DNA from: Desulfurivibrionaceae bacterium
GTDB lineage: Bacteria > Desulfobacterota > Desulfobulbia > Desulfobulbales > SURF-16
DNA length: 45,171 nucleotides
Reading direction: 5' to 3'
Assembly (NCBI GenBank): GCA_041562995.1
Contig: JBFFNX010000001.1
Span: forward strand, 1 to 45,171
A program made the position numbers and the translations under genes. The notes beneath the pieces are model-generated. The model saw only the letters and a list, made by a program, of their open reading frames with translations, had not been told where the DNA came from and ran no database searches. Every line of letters begins with the position of its first letter. The stretch's first letter is position 1. Positions 28,794-37,870 of this stretch are shown piece by piece.

Positions 28794-28849
28794 GTTGTTC
28801 CCTGCCAATCGTTAACGTAATAGCTGTGGTCCAGCCCACCCTCGCCAGC

Positions 28850-29326
28850 CTATGCCCCAAACTCCGGCTCATAGCCCACCGTGAACGGGCTCGAGGTGGT
28901 ATTGCCGAGACTCAAGAAATGGGCGTTCTTTTTAGCAAAGGGACAAATGGGCATGGCACAAGGCTCAAAGCCAAACTTCTTATAAAAGGCGGGCTTCCCT
29001 AAAACAAAGATGGTGTTTGCCTTGATGACATCCTGCCGCAAGGCAAAGCGCAGCAGCTCAGAGCCTATGCCCTGCTTCTGGAACTCCGGCTTCACTGCCA
29101 GCGGCGCCAAATGCAAGCCACAAACCTCAGGGCCGTTATAGGCCTTGGAAAAAGCGATATAGGCGATGACCTTACCCACATGAATACACACCCACTCGTG
29201 GATAGCCGTGCCATTCCTGTGGAAATTTTCGACTAATTTCACTTCATAGCTGCTGCCAGGGAATGCCTGCAGCAATAAGGCCGAAACCTTGGGATAATTT
29301 TCAGGGGTGAGTTTACGTATTTTCAT
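28850..29326 (-). CDS. GNAT family N-acetyltransferase (YhbS-like)
   Basis: Acetyl-CoA motif A, LAPLAVKPEFQKQGIGSELL. ATG at 29326; the track start is TTG. Confidence 0.8.
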   Translation of the reverse strand: MKIRKLTPENYPKVSALLLQAFPGSSYEVKLVENFHRNGTAIHEWVCIHVGKVIAYIAFSKAYNGPEVCGLHLAPLAVKPEFQKQGIGSELLRFALRQDVIKANTIFVLGKPAFYKKFGFEPCAMPICPFAKKNAHFLSLGNTTSSPFTVGYEPEFGA

Positions 29327-29368
29327 TGCTTTCCACTGGTCGCTTATCAACCAGGAGTACCATCATTA

Positions 29369-29845
29369 TTATTCCGGCGTTGACTCATGTAAAACCAACA
29401 CCGTATCCTTATCGCGACTGGCTATCTGGCGAGCGACCTTGGCCAGCACCACCTCATAGCTCGCGCCCAGTTTGACAATGGCAGCCTGGCCGCGGCTCAG
29501 CTGGTCGGCGATCTCAGCTGCAACATAGATTCGCTTTATCTTGTTGCCATCGACAAAATTATAGGCCTCGCCCCGATCATCCTTGTCCAGGCGATTCTGC
29601 TCGATCAGCTGCTTTACCTGGGCCAACCGCTCGCGCTGCCGCTTCTCGTCAGCATGCTGGCGGTTCAGCTCCTTGTCGCGTTTTTTCTGGGCGGCCAGTT
29701 CCTGGGCAATTTTGCGCGCCGTCTCCGTGTCCTTGCTGTTGTTATGCTGCTTTTTGCTGACCCGTTTTTCATGCTGGGCCTTGTTAACCTGCTTTTTATT
29801 GACCAGCCCGGCCTTCAGAAGCTGGTCCTGAAATGGATTTCCCAT
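29369..29845 (-). CDS. DUF2058 (YaiL-like) protein
   Basis: FQDQLLKAGLVNKKQ..., a Lys/Glu-rich middle region and VKQLIEQNRL...YNFVDGNKIKRIYV are colinear with the E. coli YaiL family. Confidence 0.8.
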   Translation of the reverse strand: MGNPFQDQLLKAGLVNKKQVNKAQHEKRVSKKQHNNSKDTETARKIAQELAAQKKRDKELNRQHADEKRQRERLAQVKQLIEQNRLDKDDRGEAYNFVDGNKIKRIYVAAEIADQLSRGQAAIVKLGASYEVVLAKVARQIASRDKDTVLVLHESTPE

Positions 29846-29924
29846 GCTCTTGCTCCACCACGATCATGCAAAGATGAACGCGTTCTCCTGATTAATGAAC
29901 ATCTACCTGCCCCGCCAGGACAAG

Positions 29925-30290
29925 CTATTTCTGCCCTTTTAACAGGGCAGCGAGGGCGGCAAAGGGCTGCTGGGTGGTGTCGTCTTCCCGGTCCCGTTGT
30001 CCCCCGGCCCCGCCATGCTCGCTGGCCAGTTCCCGGGCGTGGATATTGTCGTGACAGTAGATGCACAACAACTCCCAGTTGCTGCCGTCGGCCGGGTTGT
30101 TTTCATGGTTGAGATCCCGGTGATGGACCGTGAGTTCTTTAAGTTTTTTGCCGGCAAACTCCCGGCCGCACAAACCACAGACCCAGGGAAACAATTTCAG
30201 GGCCCGCTCGCGATAGGATTTTTCCCGCATTGCCTTGTCGCGTAGGGCCTCGGCCATCACCCCTTTGCCGGCACCACTCTTATCCTGCAT
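29925..30290 (-). CDS. yajD: YajD-family HNH nuclease-fold protein
   Basis: CGLCGREF...LTVHHRDLNHENNPADGSNWELLCIYCHDNIH is the YajD-type HNH motif. ATG at 30290 preceded by GGGAGAGAG; the track start is TTG. Confidence 0.85.
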   Translation of the reverse strand: MQDKSGAGKGVMAEALRDKAMREKSYRERALKLFPWVCGLCGREFAGKKLKELTVHHRDLNHENNPADGSNWELLCIYCHDNIHARELASEHGGAGGQRDREDDTTQQPFAALAALLKGQK

Positions 30291-30318
30291 ATTCTCTCTC
30301 CCAAAAACTCCCCTCAAC

Positions 30319-31239
30319 TCAGCGATGCCAGGATTTTAACCCGGCATCAGCCTCCTGTTCAAGCCTTTCAAGCAACGCAGGGGTGTTGAATAATTTTTCG
30401 CATAATTCGCATTTTCTATACTGGACAATTTCCCGGGCCGGAAAACCGGCAAAGGAGGCAATGGCACTTATCCCCAGGTTCCGGATGTGGTTATACAAGC
30501 TGTTCGTTTCACCCTTAGTGAAAAGCTCCGCAACACTGCTGGCCTTTAGATTACCCAGGTGAAAAAAATTGGTGTTTGTAAAATGGCTGCCGGCATCGCA
30601 GCAGGCATACATATCAAGGGTGGGCGCCAGATACGGGTTCATCGGACAGCAGTTTTCCTGGTAATCGGTGCGGATGGGCAGACGTTCAAAGCCTTTGGCC
30701 CGGCCGGCAAAGATGACTGGTTCCGGGAAAAACTTCAGGCCCTGCTCCCGGAGATACTGTTCACAGGCATCATCCTGGGCCGAGAAATCCGTGACAAAGG
30801 AGATGAAATAATCCAGACCCTGCTTCTGACACCCTATGGCGGCGTTCAAGATATTCTGGCGATCGATATTTTTCTGGTGCCAGCGGCTATAGCTCAGGCG
30901 CAATTGCGACAGCCCCTTTCCCTTGAGCTTGGCGATATAACTCCCGGCAAGCTCCGGAGTTTTGGCCCAGAAACTATTGGTGACCACCCGGGTGTACATG
31001 CCATAGTCGTGACAAAGGCCGACAAGTTCAGCAATATCATCGAGATAGATAAGCGGTTCACCGGCGGTAAAGCTGATACCCTGGACCTGGGCCGCAGCCA
31101 GTTCGGCAATGATCGCTTGAGCCCGGGCCAGCTCCATCTTTACATTTTCAGGGATGGCGTCGGCAGCAACACAGTGTTCACATTTGATATTGCACCGTGT
31201 TGAGTAGCCAAAGGCGATTGTTCTCATCCGGCCGTTCAC
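30319..31239 (-). CDS. radical SAM enzyme with a Cys-rich C-terminal (twitch/SPASM-like) region
   Basis: CNIKCEHC (CxxxCxxC) near the N-terminus and FTAGEPL (the GGEP-like SAM motif). C-terminal CCPMN...ACCDAGSH. The GTG start overlaps the upstream stop (GTGA); an alternative ATG lies at 31227. Confidence 0.85.
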   Translation of the reverse strand: MNGRMRTIAFGYSTRCNIKCEHCVAADAIPENVKMELARAQAIIAELAAAQVQGISFTAGEPLIYLDDIAELVGLCHDYGMYTRVVTNSFWAKTPELAGSYIAKLKGKGLSQLRLSYSRWHQKNIDRQNILNAAIGCQKQGLDYFISFVTDFSAQDDACEQYLREQGLKFFPEPVIFAGRAKGFERLPIRTDYQENCCPMNPYLAPTLDMYACCDAGSHFTNTNFFHLGNLKASSVAELFTKGETNSLYNHIRNLGISAIASFAGFPAREIVQYRKCELCEKLFNTPALLERLEQEADAGLKSWHR

Positions 31240-32579
31240 CTGTGACAGAGCTGATCAACAAGCCGTTTCAGGCGGACATGGGCGACATCGATATCGGCAA
31301 GACAGGCAAAGGCCTTGACGTCCTCAGGGTGGCCCATATCAAAACCGCTTTGCAGGGCATGACGGCCGAGGAGGGCGGCCACGAAGGCACGCTCCAGCCG
31401 ATCCCCCGACTCCTCCGACTGCTCGGTATCAGGCAGCTCATACCAATCCCGGAATTGGGGGTCACGCAAGGCCTTGCGCACCTCTTGCTGAAGCCCCTGG
31501 GTGGCGGCAAAGCCGTGCCTGAACAGATCGCTTATGTACCAGACCTCAAGCAACGCCGCCGCCTTTGCTGCTGCTTCCGGGCCGTCCAGCGGACAATCTG
31601 GATCTTGCTTGGCGATCAATGCTTCCAGGCCCAGGCAAATGGTGTCCCGTACCCGCTCGGCAATATCGGTGATCTGTTGTGTATCCTTTGTCTTTTCGCC
31701 ATAGGCAATGATGGCGCTGTTGATGGCCCAGACGATTTCCTGTTCAAGGCGGGCCAGACATTCCTTGTCAGTGATCAGGGACAGGGCCTGCTGCAACAGG
31801 GTGGACTCGATTAAGGGGACGGCATAGACCGACGGGACCCGGCTGACGGGACTGTCCACCGGCTTCTGCGGCCTAGACAACGGTTGCCGCGTAGCGGGCC
31901 GGGAGAAGAGGACATCGGCCTCGTCTGGAGTGACAAAGCCGATATCCTGCATACGGCCGTTGCGGAAGCGCAAGGCCTCTTCTTCGACCTGACTCGGCAG
32001 CTCCACCCGGACCTCACTCAGCAGCTGATGGGTGGCGGCGAGGTCGTATTGGTACAGGGCATCCAACACCGTAAAGGGATGGATCTTCATCACCAGGTCA
32101 GTCTTTAGTTCCAGGAGATAGAAGCCGTCCGGGGTCATGGCGCGGACCGGTGCATCCTCATCCTCCTCGTCCTGATGCGGAACCTCATCCGTATCTGGAT
32201 CATACACCGTAACGGTCTGGGCCAGAAAGAGGAGCTGCACCACATAGTCCAGGGCGAAAAAACCCTGGGCCAGGGCTTCGGGGCCGGCAAGGGCAAAGGC
32301 CGTCAGCCATTCGTCAAGGCTGTCGGCGGCAAAGTCGTGGCGGCTCCAGCAGTCCAGATCGACACAGGCCTCCAACTGTTCCTCGTTGAGCTTAAGGAGG
32401 ATGGGCAGGGACTGCCCCAGGCCGATCTCCCTGACAATATAGTAGGCCTCTAAGGGTTCGAGGGCTGCGACCTCGTCAGCCAGATCGGTGGAGGCCAACA
32501 GGCGCTCGCCCCGCCGGGCCAGGGCCCGGGCCAGATCGGCGCGGAACGGGGTTAATTCGATGATCTTGTTATCGGCCAT
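31236..32579 (-). CDS. hypothetical 447-aa acidic protein (possibly DUF6178-like, unverified)
   Basis: Long ORF with coding-like composition. The N-terminal helical region is reminiscent of MgtE-N-like repeats (LEAYYIVREIGLGQSLPILLKLNEEQLEACVDLDCW). Translationally coupled to the radical SAM gene. Confidence 0.65.
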   Translation of the reverse strand: MADNKIIELTPFRADLARALARRGERLLASTDLADEVAALEPLEAYYIVREIGLGQSLPILLKLNEEQLEACVDLDCWSRHDFAADSLDEWLTAFALAGPEALAQGFFALDYVVQLLFLAQTVTVYDPDTDEVPHQDEEDEDAPVRAMTPDGFYLLELKTDLVMKIHPFTVLDALYQYDLAATHQLLSEVRVELPSQVEEEALRFRNGRMQDIGFVTPDEADVLFSRPATRQPLSRPQKPVDSPVSRVPSVYAVPLIESTLLQQALSLITDKECLARLEQEIVWAINSAIIAYGEKTKDTQQITDIAERVRDTICLGLEALIAKQDPDCPLDGPEAAAKAAALLEVWYISDLFRHGFAATQGLQQEVRKALRDPQFRDWYELPDTEQSEESGDRLERAFVAALLGRHALQSGFDMGHPEDVKAFACLADIDVAHVRLKRLVDQLCHR

Positions 32580-32602
32580 GTTCTCATATTAATAGAAAGT
32601 GG

Positions 32603-32640
32603 GCGAAGCTGCCGCACCACACAGGGGGCGGCAGCTTCGC
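32603..32640. promoter_or_regulatory. 13-bp perfect GC-rich stem-loop in the leader of the 447-aa/radical SAM operon
   Basis: GCGAAGCTGCCGC-(12 nt)-GCGGCAGCTTCGC, located 24-61 nt upstream of the ATG at 32579. On the plus strand it is followed by TTATTTTA. Confidence 0.4.
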
Positions 32641-33092
32641 TTATTTTACAAACGGAGTCAGATCTGAACCTGTCACGTTTTCGAACTGGTAATTTTGGTG
32701 AGTTTGCCGAGGTTAATCTATGCCATGATTATTACATGGAAAGGGGACTTGTGTGAAAGATAAAGTTTAAGGCTGAAGCATGTCCCCGAACAGGGGCTCT
32801 TAGCATTTACCTCCTTAACTGCCAAGAGGTATCTGCATTATTCCTGTGCTGGCAACATGTCATACCGGCAAGTCACAGTTTCTCACACCTTGCCCTGGGC
32901 AATTCTTGTTTTTTAGTCTGTGCCCCCTATCTTTCACAGATGACGCGTTCCCGGAAATTGACAGGCGCGTAAGAGCAGCCTACAATCAACTGACAATATC
33001 TGTTCACGCCTCTTTCCTAAAAACAGCAAAGGGTGAGGCCTCCAGCCAGACCCAATCCCTTTGCTGGCAACCAAGAGTGCTTACAGTGTCCC

Positions 33093-34373
33093 ATGGAAAA
33101 TATCCCGCCAGAAGCCTCTCTCTTTGAACTGATCATCCCCATCGCCAAGGCCGTGGATGTCATGTGCCCGGAGGTCGCCAGCCACCACATGCAGGTGGCC
33201 TACCTGGCCCTGCGCATCGCCGAGAGCCTGGGCCTGCCAGAGACGGAACTTCATCAGCTGGTCATCGCCGCGGCCCTCCATGACATCGGCGCCTTTTCCA
33301 TGCAGACCCGTCTAGACATCCTGGCCTTTGAAGATATCAACCCTGGCCAGCACGCCCAAGCCGGCTATCTGCTGCTCCGGGATTTCCCTCCCCTGCGGCC
33401 CATGGCCGACCTGGTCCGCTTCCACCATCAGCCCTGGCTTCATGGCAAGGGGCTACTCTGCAAAGAAACCCGGATCGCACCGGCCACCCACATTCTCCAT
33501 CTGGCCGACCGGGTGGCGGTCTTGATCGACCGCGGCAAACCCATCCTTGGCCAGGTGGCAGCGATCTGTGAGAAAGTTGCGGCCAAGTCGGGAAGTTCTT
33601 TTGTCCCGGAGCAAGTCCAGGCCATGCTGGCCCTGGCGAACAAGGATTATATCTGGCTGGAAGTTACCTCGGAGACCATTGCCCATCTCCTCAAAACCAG
33701 GTTACAGAAGCAAAAAATACCACTCAGGGGCAGTAATCTGAAGGCCTTTTCGAAACTGATGAGCCGGATCATTGACTTCAAAAGTGTATTCACCGCCTCC
33801 CACTCAAGCGGTGTGGCGGCAACCAGCGTGGCCCTTGCCCGACTTATGGGCTTCAACGCCCAGCAGCTGGAGCTCATTGAGAGCGCCGCCTATCTCCACG
33901 ACCTCGGCAAACTGGCAATCCCCTCGGAAATAATCGAAAAAAAGGCAAAACTGAGCGCGGACGAATGGTTTATCATGCGTTCCCATGCCTACTATACCCA
34001 CGAGGTCCTTGATGAGATTGATATCTTCAGGGAGATCAACGCCTGGGCCTCACTCCATCAGGAACGCCTAGACGGCAGCGGCTATCCCTTTGGCCTGAAA
34101 AACGGCGAGATTCCCCCGGGGGCGAGGATCATCACCATTGCCGATATCTTCACCGCCCTCACCGAAGACCGCCCCTATCGCTCGGGCCTGAGCCAAGGGG
34201 AGGTGATGGAAATCTTCACGGATCTGGTGGCTGAGAAGAAAATTGATCAGGGATTGGTGGCCTTAATGGCCGACAACTTCGAAGAGCTGAACAGATTGCG
34301 CCATGAGGCCCAGCAGCAGGCGATCAGTGAGTATGCCGACTTTTCCCAGCTGCTTGACAGGGCTGCCGCCTGA
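33093..34373 (+). CDS. tandem HD / HD-GYP domain phosphohydrolase (putative cyclic-di-GMP phosphodiesterase)
   Basis: First HD domain: HHMQVAYLAL...AAALHDIGA. Second, canonical HD-GYP: HSSGVA...AAYLHDLGKLAIP...HQERLDGSGYPFGL. Start uncertain: ATG at 33093 or GTG at 33033. Confidence 0.8.
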   Translation: MENIPPEASLFELIIPIAKAVDVMCPEVASHHMQVAYLALRIAESLGLPETELHQLVIAAALHDIGAFSMQTRLDILAFEDINPGQHAQAGYLLLRDFPPLRPMADLVRFHHQPWLHGKGLLCKETRIAPATHILHLADRVAVLIDRGKPILGQVAAICEKVAAKSGSSFVPEQVQAMLALANKDYIWLEVTSETIAHLLKTRLQKQKIPLRGSNLKAFSKLMSRIIDFKSVFTASHSSGVAATSVALARLMGFNAQQLELIESAAYLHDLGKLAIPSEIIEKKAKLSADEWFIMRSHAYYTHEVLDEIDIFREINAWASLHQERLDGSGYPFGLKNGEIPPGARIITIADIFTALTEDRPYRSGLSQGEVMEIFTDLVAEKKIDQGLVALMADNFEELNRLRHEAQQQAISEYADFSQLLDRAAA

Positions 34374-34386
34374 GTTTGCCGAGGTC

Positions 34387-34419
34387 GGTATTTGCATACC
34401 ATAGCGGCTTGCAAATACC
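34387..34419 (+). terminator. stem-loop after the HD-GYP gene (10-bp stem, no U-tract)
   Basis: GGTATTTGCA-(13 nt)-TGCAAATACC, 14 nt after the stop codon. Confidence 0.3.
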
Positions 34420-34591
34420 CCCCTCCTCCCCTTTGACTGAGGGGATGCCGAACTATCGAGGCATTGCCCAGCTTGCGCCAGCCCCTAATTAAGTTTAGGA
34501 TAGGTCGCCCAGTAGCCAATACCGATAACCTCAATCAACAGATCATGTCCTTGTTAAGAGTTGAACGTATAGACTTCGAGAAAATCGTCCC

Positions 34592-36685
34592 ATGAAGGTT
34601 ATTATTGCCGAAAAGCCATCTGTGGCGCGCGACATTGCCGCGGTTCTCGATATCACCGGCAAGAAGAAGGGCTATATCGAGGGGCGCGGTTGCGCCATCA
34701 CCTGGGCCTTCGGCCATCTCGTCACCCTGCAGGAGCCCGGGGAATATGATCCGGCCCTCAAGCGCTGGAGCCTCGACACCCTGCCCTTTGTGCCGGAGGA
34801 GTTCAAGCTCACCCTGATCAAAAACCGCGGCGTGGACGAGCAGTTTCACATTATCGAGACGTTGTGCCAACAGGCCGATGAGATCATCTGCGCCACGGAT
34901 GCCGGGCGCGAAGGCGAGCTGATTTTTCGCTACATCCTGGCCATGTGTAAATGCGAGGATAAGCCGATCCGCCGCCTCTGGCTCAACTCGCTGACCCCCG
35001 AGGCGATCCAGGAGGCCTTCAAGGACCTCAAGGATGGCCACGACTACGACGCCCTCTATGCCGCGGCCCGCTGCCGCAGCGAGTCTGACTGGATTGTCGG
35101 TCTCAACTCCACCCGTTACTACACGGTCAAACACGGCCGGATCGGCGGCGGCAATGATCGGGTGCTGTGGAGTATCGGCCGGGTCCAGACCCCGGTGCTG
35201 GCCATGATCGTCGAACGGGACGACACCATCAGCCAGTTCCGCCCCCAACAGTTTTGGGAACTGGCCAGCCGCTATCGCGAGGTGGTGTTCAAATACACGG
35301 GCAAGCGCTTTGAAAAAGCAGAGAAGGCCCAGGCCCTGCTGGAAAAAATCACAGATCAGCCCTTTGCCATCACCGGCAGTGCCGGCAAGGAGAAAAAAGA
35401 GCAACCACCGCAGCTCTTTGACCTCACCACCCTGCAGCGCGAGGTCAACAAACGACACGGCCTGTCGGCGGCCGACACCCTGGCCGCCACCCAGAATCTC
35501 TACGAAAAAAAGCTGGTCACCTATCCCCGTACCGATTCCCGCTATCTCAGCCAGGACATGAAGCCCCGCATTCCCCAGATCCTCACCCAGCTCAAGGCCA
35601 TCCGACCTGACGACATCGCGCCGCTCAACCTGGCGAAGCTGCCCTTCAGCAAGCGGATCATCGACGACACCAAGGTCACCGATCACCACGCCATCATTCC
35701 CACCGGCGTCAGGCCGCAACACCTCGGCGCCAACGAGCAGCTGGTGTACGACGCCATTACCAGCCAGTTCATCGCCGCCTTCTATCCGGTCTGCATCAAA
35801 AACATCACCACAGTGAACGGCGTCAGCAATGAGGTAAAGTTTCAGGCCAAAGGCACCCAGGTTGTCGAGCCGGGCTGGACTCTGCTCTTCCAGAAAAAGA
35901 CTCAGAGCGCCGATGCGGCCGACGACCAGGCCCTCCCCGCTTTTGAACAAGGCGAAACCGGTCCCCATGAGCCTTACCTCCACGAAGGCAAAACCAAACC
36001 GCCCAATCACTTCACCGACAACTCGCTGCTGGGCGCCATGGAGGCGGCCGGTAAATTTGTCGAGGATGACATTCTGCGCGAAGCGCTCAAAGAACGCGGC
36101 ATCGGCACCCCGGCCACCCGGGCGGCCATCATCGAAACCCTGCTGCGCCGCAACTATATCCGGCGTGAAAAAAAACAGCTGCACTGCACCGATATGGGAC
36201 GCTGCCTGATTGCCCTGATCCAGGATCCGCTCTTGAAATCACCGGAGATGACCGGCGAGTGGGAGGAAAAGCTCAAACAGATTGAGCGCAGCCAACTTGA
36301 CCCTGCCGATTTTATGGCCGGCATTGGCGACTATATCCGCGGCCTGATCCAGAAGAGCCCTGCCGACCGCTTAGACAGCGAGCACTGGGCCAGCTGTCCG
36401 CTCTGTGGCCAAGAGGTAGTTAAAGGCAAGAGGGCTTACGGCTGCTCGGCCTGGCAAGAGGGCTGCCCCTTTGTTCTTGAACCTGAGTGCAAAGGAGTGG
36501 CCCTCAGCCCCAGACAGGTTCAGACCCTGCTCCAGCAGCGCATCCTGCCGCAGCCGGTACGCATCGCTGATGAACCGCGCATGCTCATCCTCTCCACCCA
36601 GGGCATGGCCATGGATCTGCGCCTGCCCTCGGCCGACCGCCAGCAAAAAGAGAAAAAAACGGAGCGCCCTACCCCCAAAAGCTGA
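34592..36685 (+). CDS. topB: DNA topoisomerase III
   Basis: TOPRIM N-terminus (MKVIIAEKPSVARDIA...ITWAFGHL), the active-site region YPRTDSRYL, and a C-terminal Cys4 zinc-ribbon (CPLCG...CSAWQEGC). Confidence 0.95.
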   Translation: MKVIIAEKPSVARDIAAVLDITGKKKGYIEGRGCAITWAFGHLVTLQEPGEYDPALKRWSLDTLPFVPEEFKLTLIKNRGVDEQFHIIETLCQQADEIICATDAGREGELIFRYILAMCKCEDKPIRRLWLNSLTPEAIQEAFKDLKDGHDYDALYAAARCRSESDWIVGLNSTRYYTVKHGRIGGGNDRVLWSIGRVQTPVLAMIVERDDTISQFRPQQFWELASRYREVVFKYTGKRFEKAEKAQALLEKITDQPFAITGSAGKEKKEQPPQLFDLTTLQREVNKRHGLSAADTLAATQNLYEKKLVTYPRTDSRYLSQDMKPRIPQILTQLKAIRPDDIAPLNLAKLPFSKRIIDDTKVTDHHAIIPTGVRPQHLGANEQLVYDAITSQFIAAFYPVCIKNITTVNGVSNEVKFQAKGTQVVEPGWTLLFQKKTQSADAADDQALPAFEQGETGPHEPYLHEGKTKPPNHFTDNSLLGAMEAAGKFVEDDILREALKERGIGTPATRAAIIETLLRRNYIRREKKQLHCTDMGRCLIALIQDPLLKSPEMTGEWEEKLKQIERSQLDPADFMAGIGDYIRGLIQKSPADRLDSEHWASCPLCGQEVVKGKRAYGCSAWQEGCPFVLEPECKGVALSPRQVQTLLQQRILPQPVRIADEPRMLILSTQGMAMDLRLPSADRQQKEKKTERPTPKS

Positions 36686-36741
36686 TTTCCAAGACGTTAC
36701 AACTTCACCTTCAATCAAATATTTTCACAAGAAGGATCCCC

Positions 36742-37674
36742 ATGAACAGGTACCTCGTTTTCATTTTGCCGATTTGGGTCAGCGCCTGCCTGAACCTGCC
36801 AACCCTGGCCCAGGCTGCGGCGGCTGATGAGCAACCAGCCCAACCGCCCGAAGGCACGGGCGCTGAAACGAAAAAAATCGGGCTGCTCAAAAAACTGGCG
36901 GGCAACGAGCCCTCCTATTTCGTCTATGCCCGGGACAACAATAACTCCTTCAACCACATCGAATTCTACCTCTCCGTGGAATATCCAATGCTGGAAGGAC
37001 CTGTCCACCGGCTCTTCGGTCTCAACACCGATCTCTACTTCAACTACAACGGCAAATATGACTTCTATCTCGGGAAACGATACTCATCGCCGGTTATCTC
37101 CCGGCAGCAGAACCCCGGGGCCATGTTCGAGTACCGTCTGGACCAGCCGTCTTACGGCCTAAGCACCATCAAAACCGGCTATTTCCATGAATAAAACGGC
37201 CAGACCATTGATAGCGCGGAGGAATACGCCACCACCGACAACGCCCAAGACTTTGTCAGCCGAGGCTGGGATTACATCCCCCTGGAATTAAAGTTCGAGT
37301 TCCCGGAAAAGCTGCCCGGTTTCTCTTTTTACCTTAAAGGCCGTTACTTCCTGCCCAAACAGCTGCTCATGAACGACAAGGAGGACACGATCTTTTGGGA
37401 TCGCTCCGACGACTCGAAGATTGAAGATTATGCCGGAATCTCTCTGTTGATCCGCAGCCAGACCTTGGTCGACAACCGCTATATCGAGGGTTTCAAGCTC
37501 GCCGCCATTTATCGTACCGGCTACACCGATTTCAATCTTTCCCAGCGCTATGAAGCGACCTTCAGGACTTTTGGCCTGCCGCTCTACATCTTCTACTTCA
37601 GCGGTTACGGCAATGAAATTTCAAACTATCAGGAGCGCGGCTATACCTTGGGTGTGGGTGTTGAATTCTGGTAA
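36742..37674 (+). pseudogene. pldA: outer-membrane phospholipase A (OMPLA/PldA family) interrupted by one in-frame TAA at 37192-37194
   Basis: Track ORFs 36742..37194 and 37369..37674 share a frame. The reading frame is GYFHE-[TAA]-NGQ where OMPLA has the catalytic H-x-S-N-G. The C-terminal YFSGYGNEISNYQERGYTLGVGVEF matches the OMPLA C-terminal strands. Signal peptide present. Confidence 0.75.
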
Positions 37675-37784
37675 AGCCAACAGAGCGCCATTGCCACGTA
37701 AAAACCGGTTCATACCGATGTATCAGATACTTTTCGCCCTCATTGCCAACACACGCCAACCACAACCGTGGTCCCACAGGTGAA

Positions 37785-37863
37785 TCAATACCCCCTCCTG
37801 CCGTTATCAGGCAAAGCCTGGGCCTGATTGCGGCTCTCTCCGGCACTGGTGACGATGACTGCC
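37785..37863. repeat. 79-bp direct repeat, copy A: orphan copy of the last ~25 codons plus the stop of the polyferredoxin gene
   Basis: About 87% identical by hand alignment to 38787-38865. The minus-strand translation AVIVTSAGESRNQAQALPDNGRRGY* compares with AVIVTSAGESRNPAQALPDTGRMGY* at the real gene end. It starts 7 nt after the DUF4405 stop codon. Confidence 0.8.
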
Positions 37864-37870
37864 CTCCTAA

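Noticed and set aside
32732-32806. 24-aa ORF (MLRAPVRGHASALNFIFHTSPLSM) upstream of the radical SAM operon, considered as a RiPP precursor
   Set aside because: The AAGGAGG is only 3 nt from the ATG. The peptide has no Cys, Ser/Thr-rich core or recognisable leader, and there is no evidence of conservation. It remains speculative.
34535-36184. 549-aa ORF on the minus strand
   Set aside because: It is antisense to the unambiguous topoisomerase III gene. Its composition is low-complexity and Gly/Ala/Asp/Leu-rich with no motifs. This is a typical shadow ORF of a GC3-rich gene.
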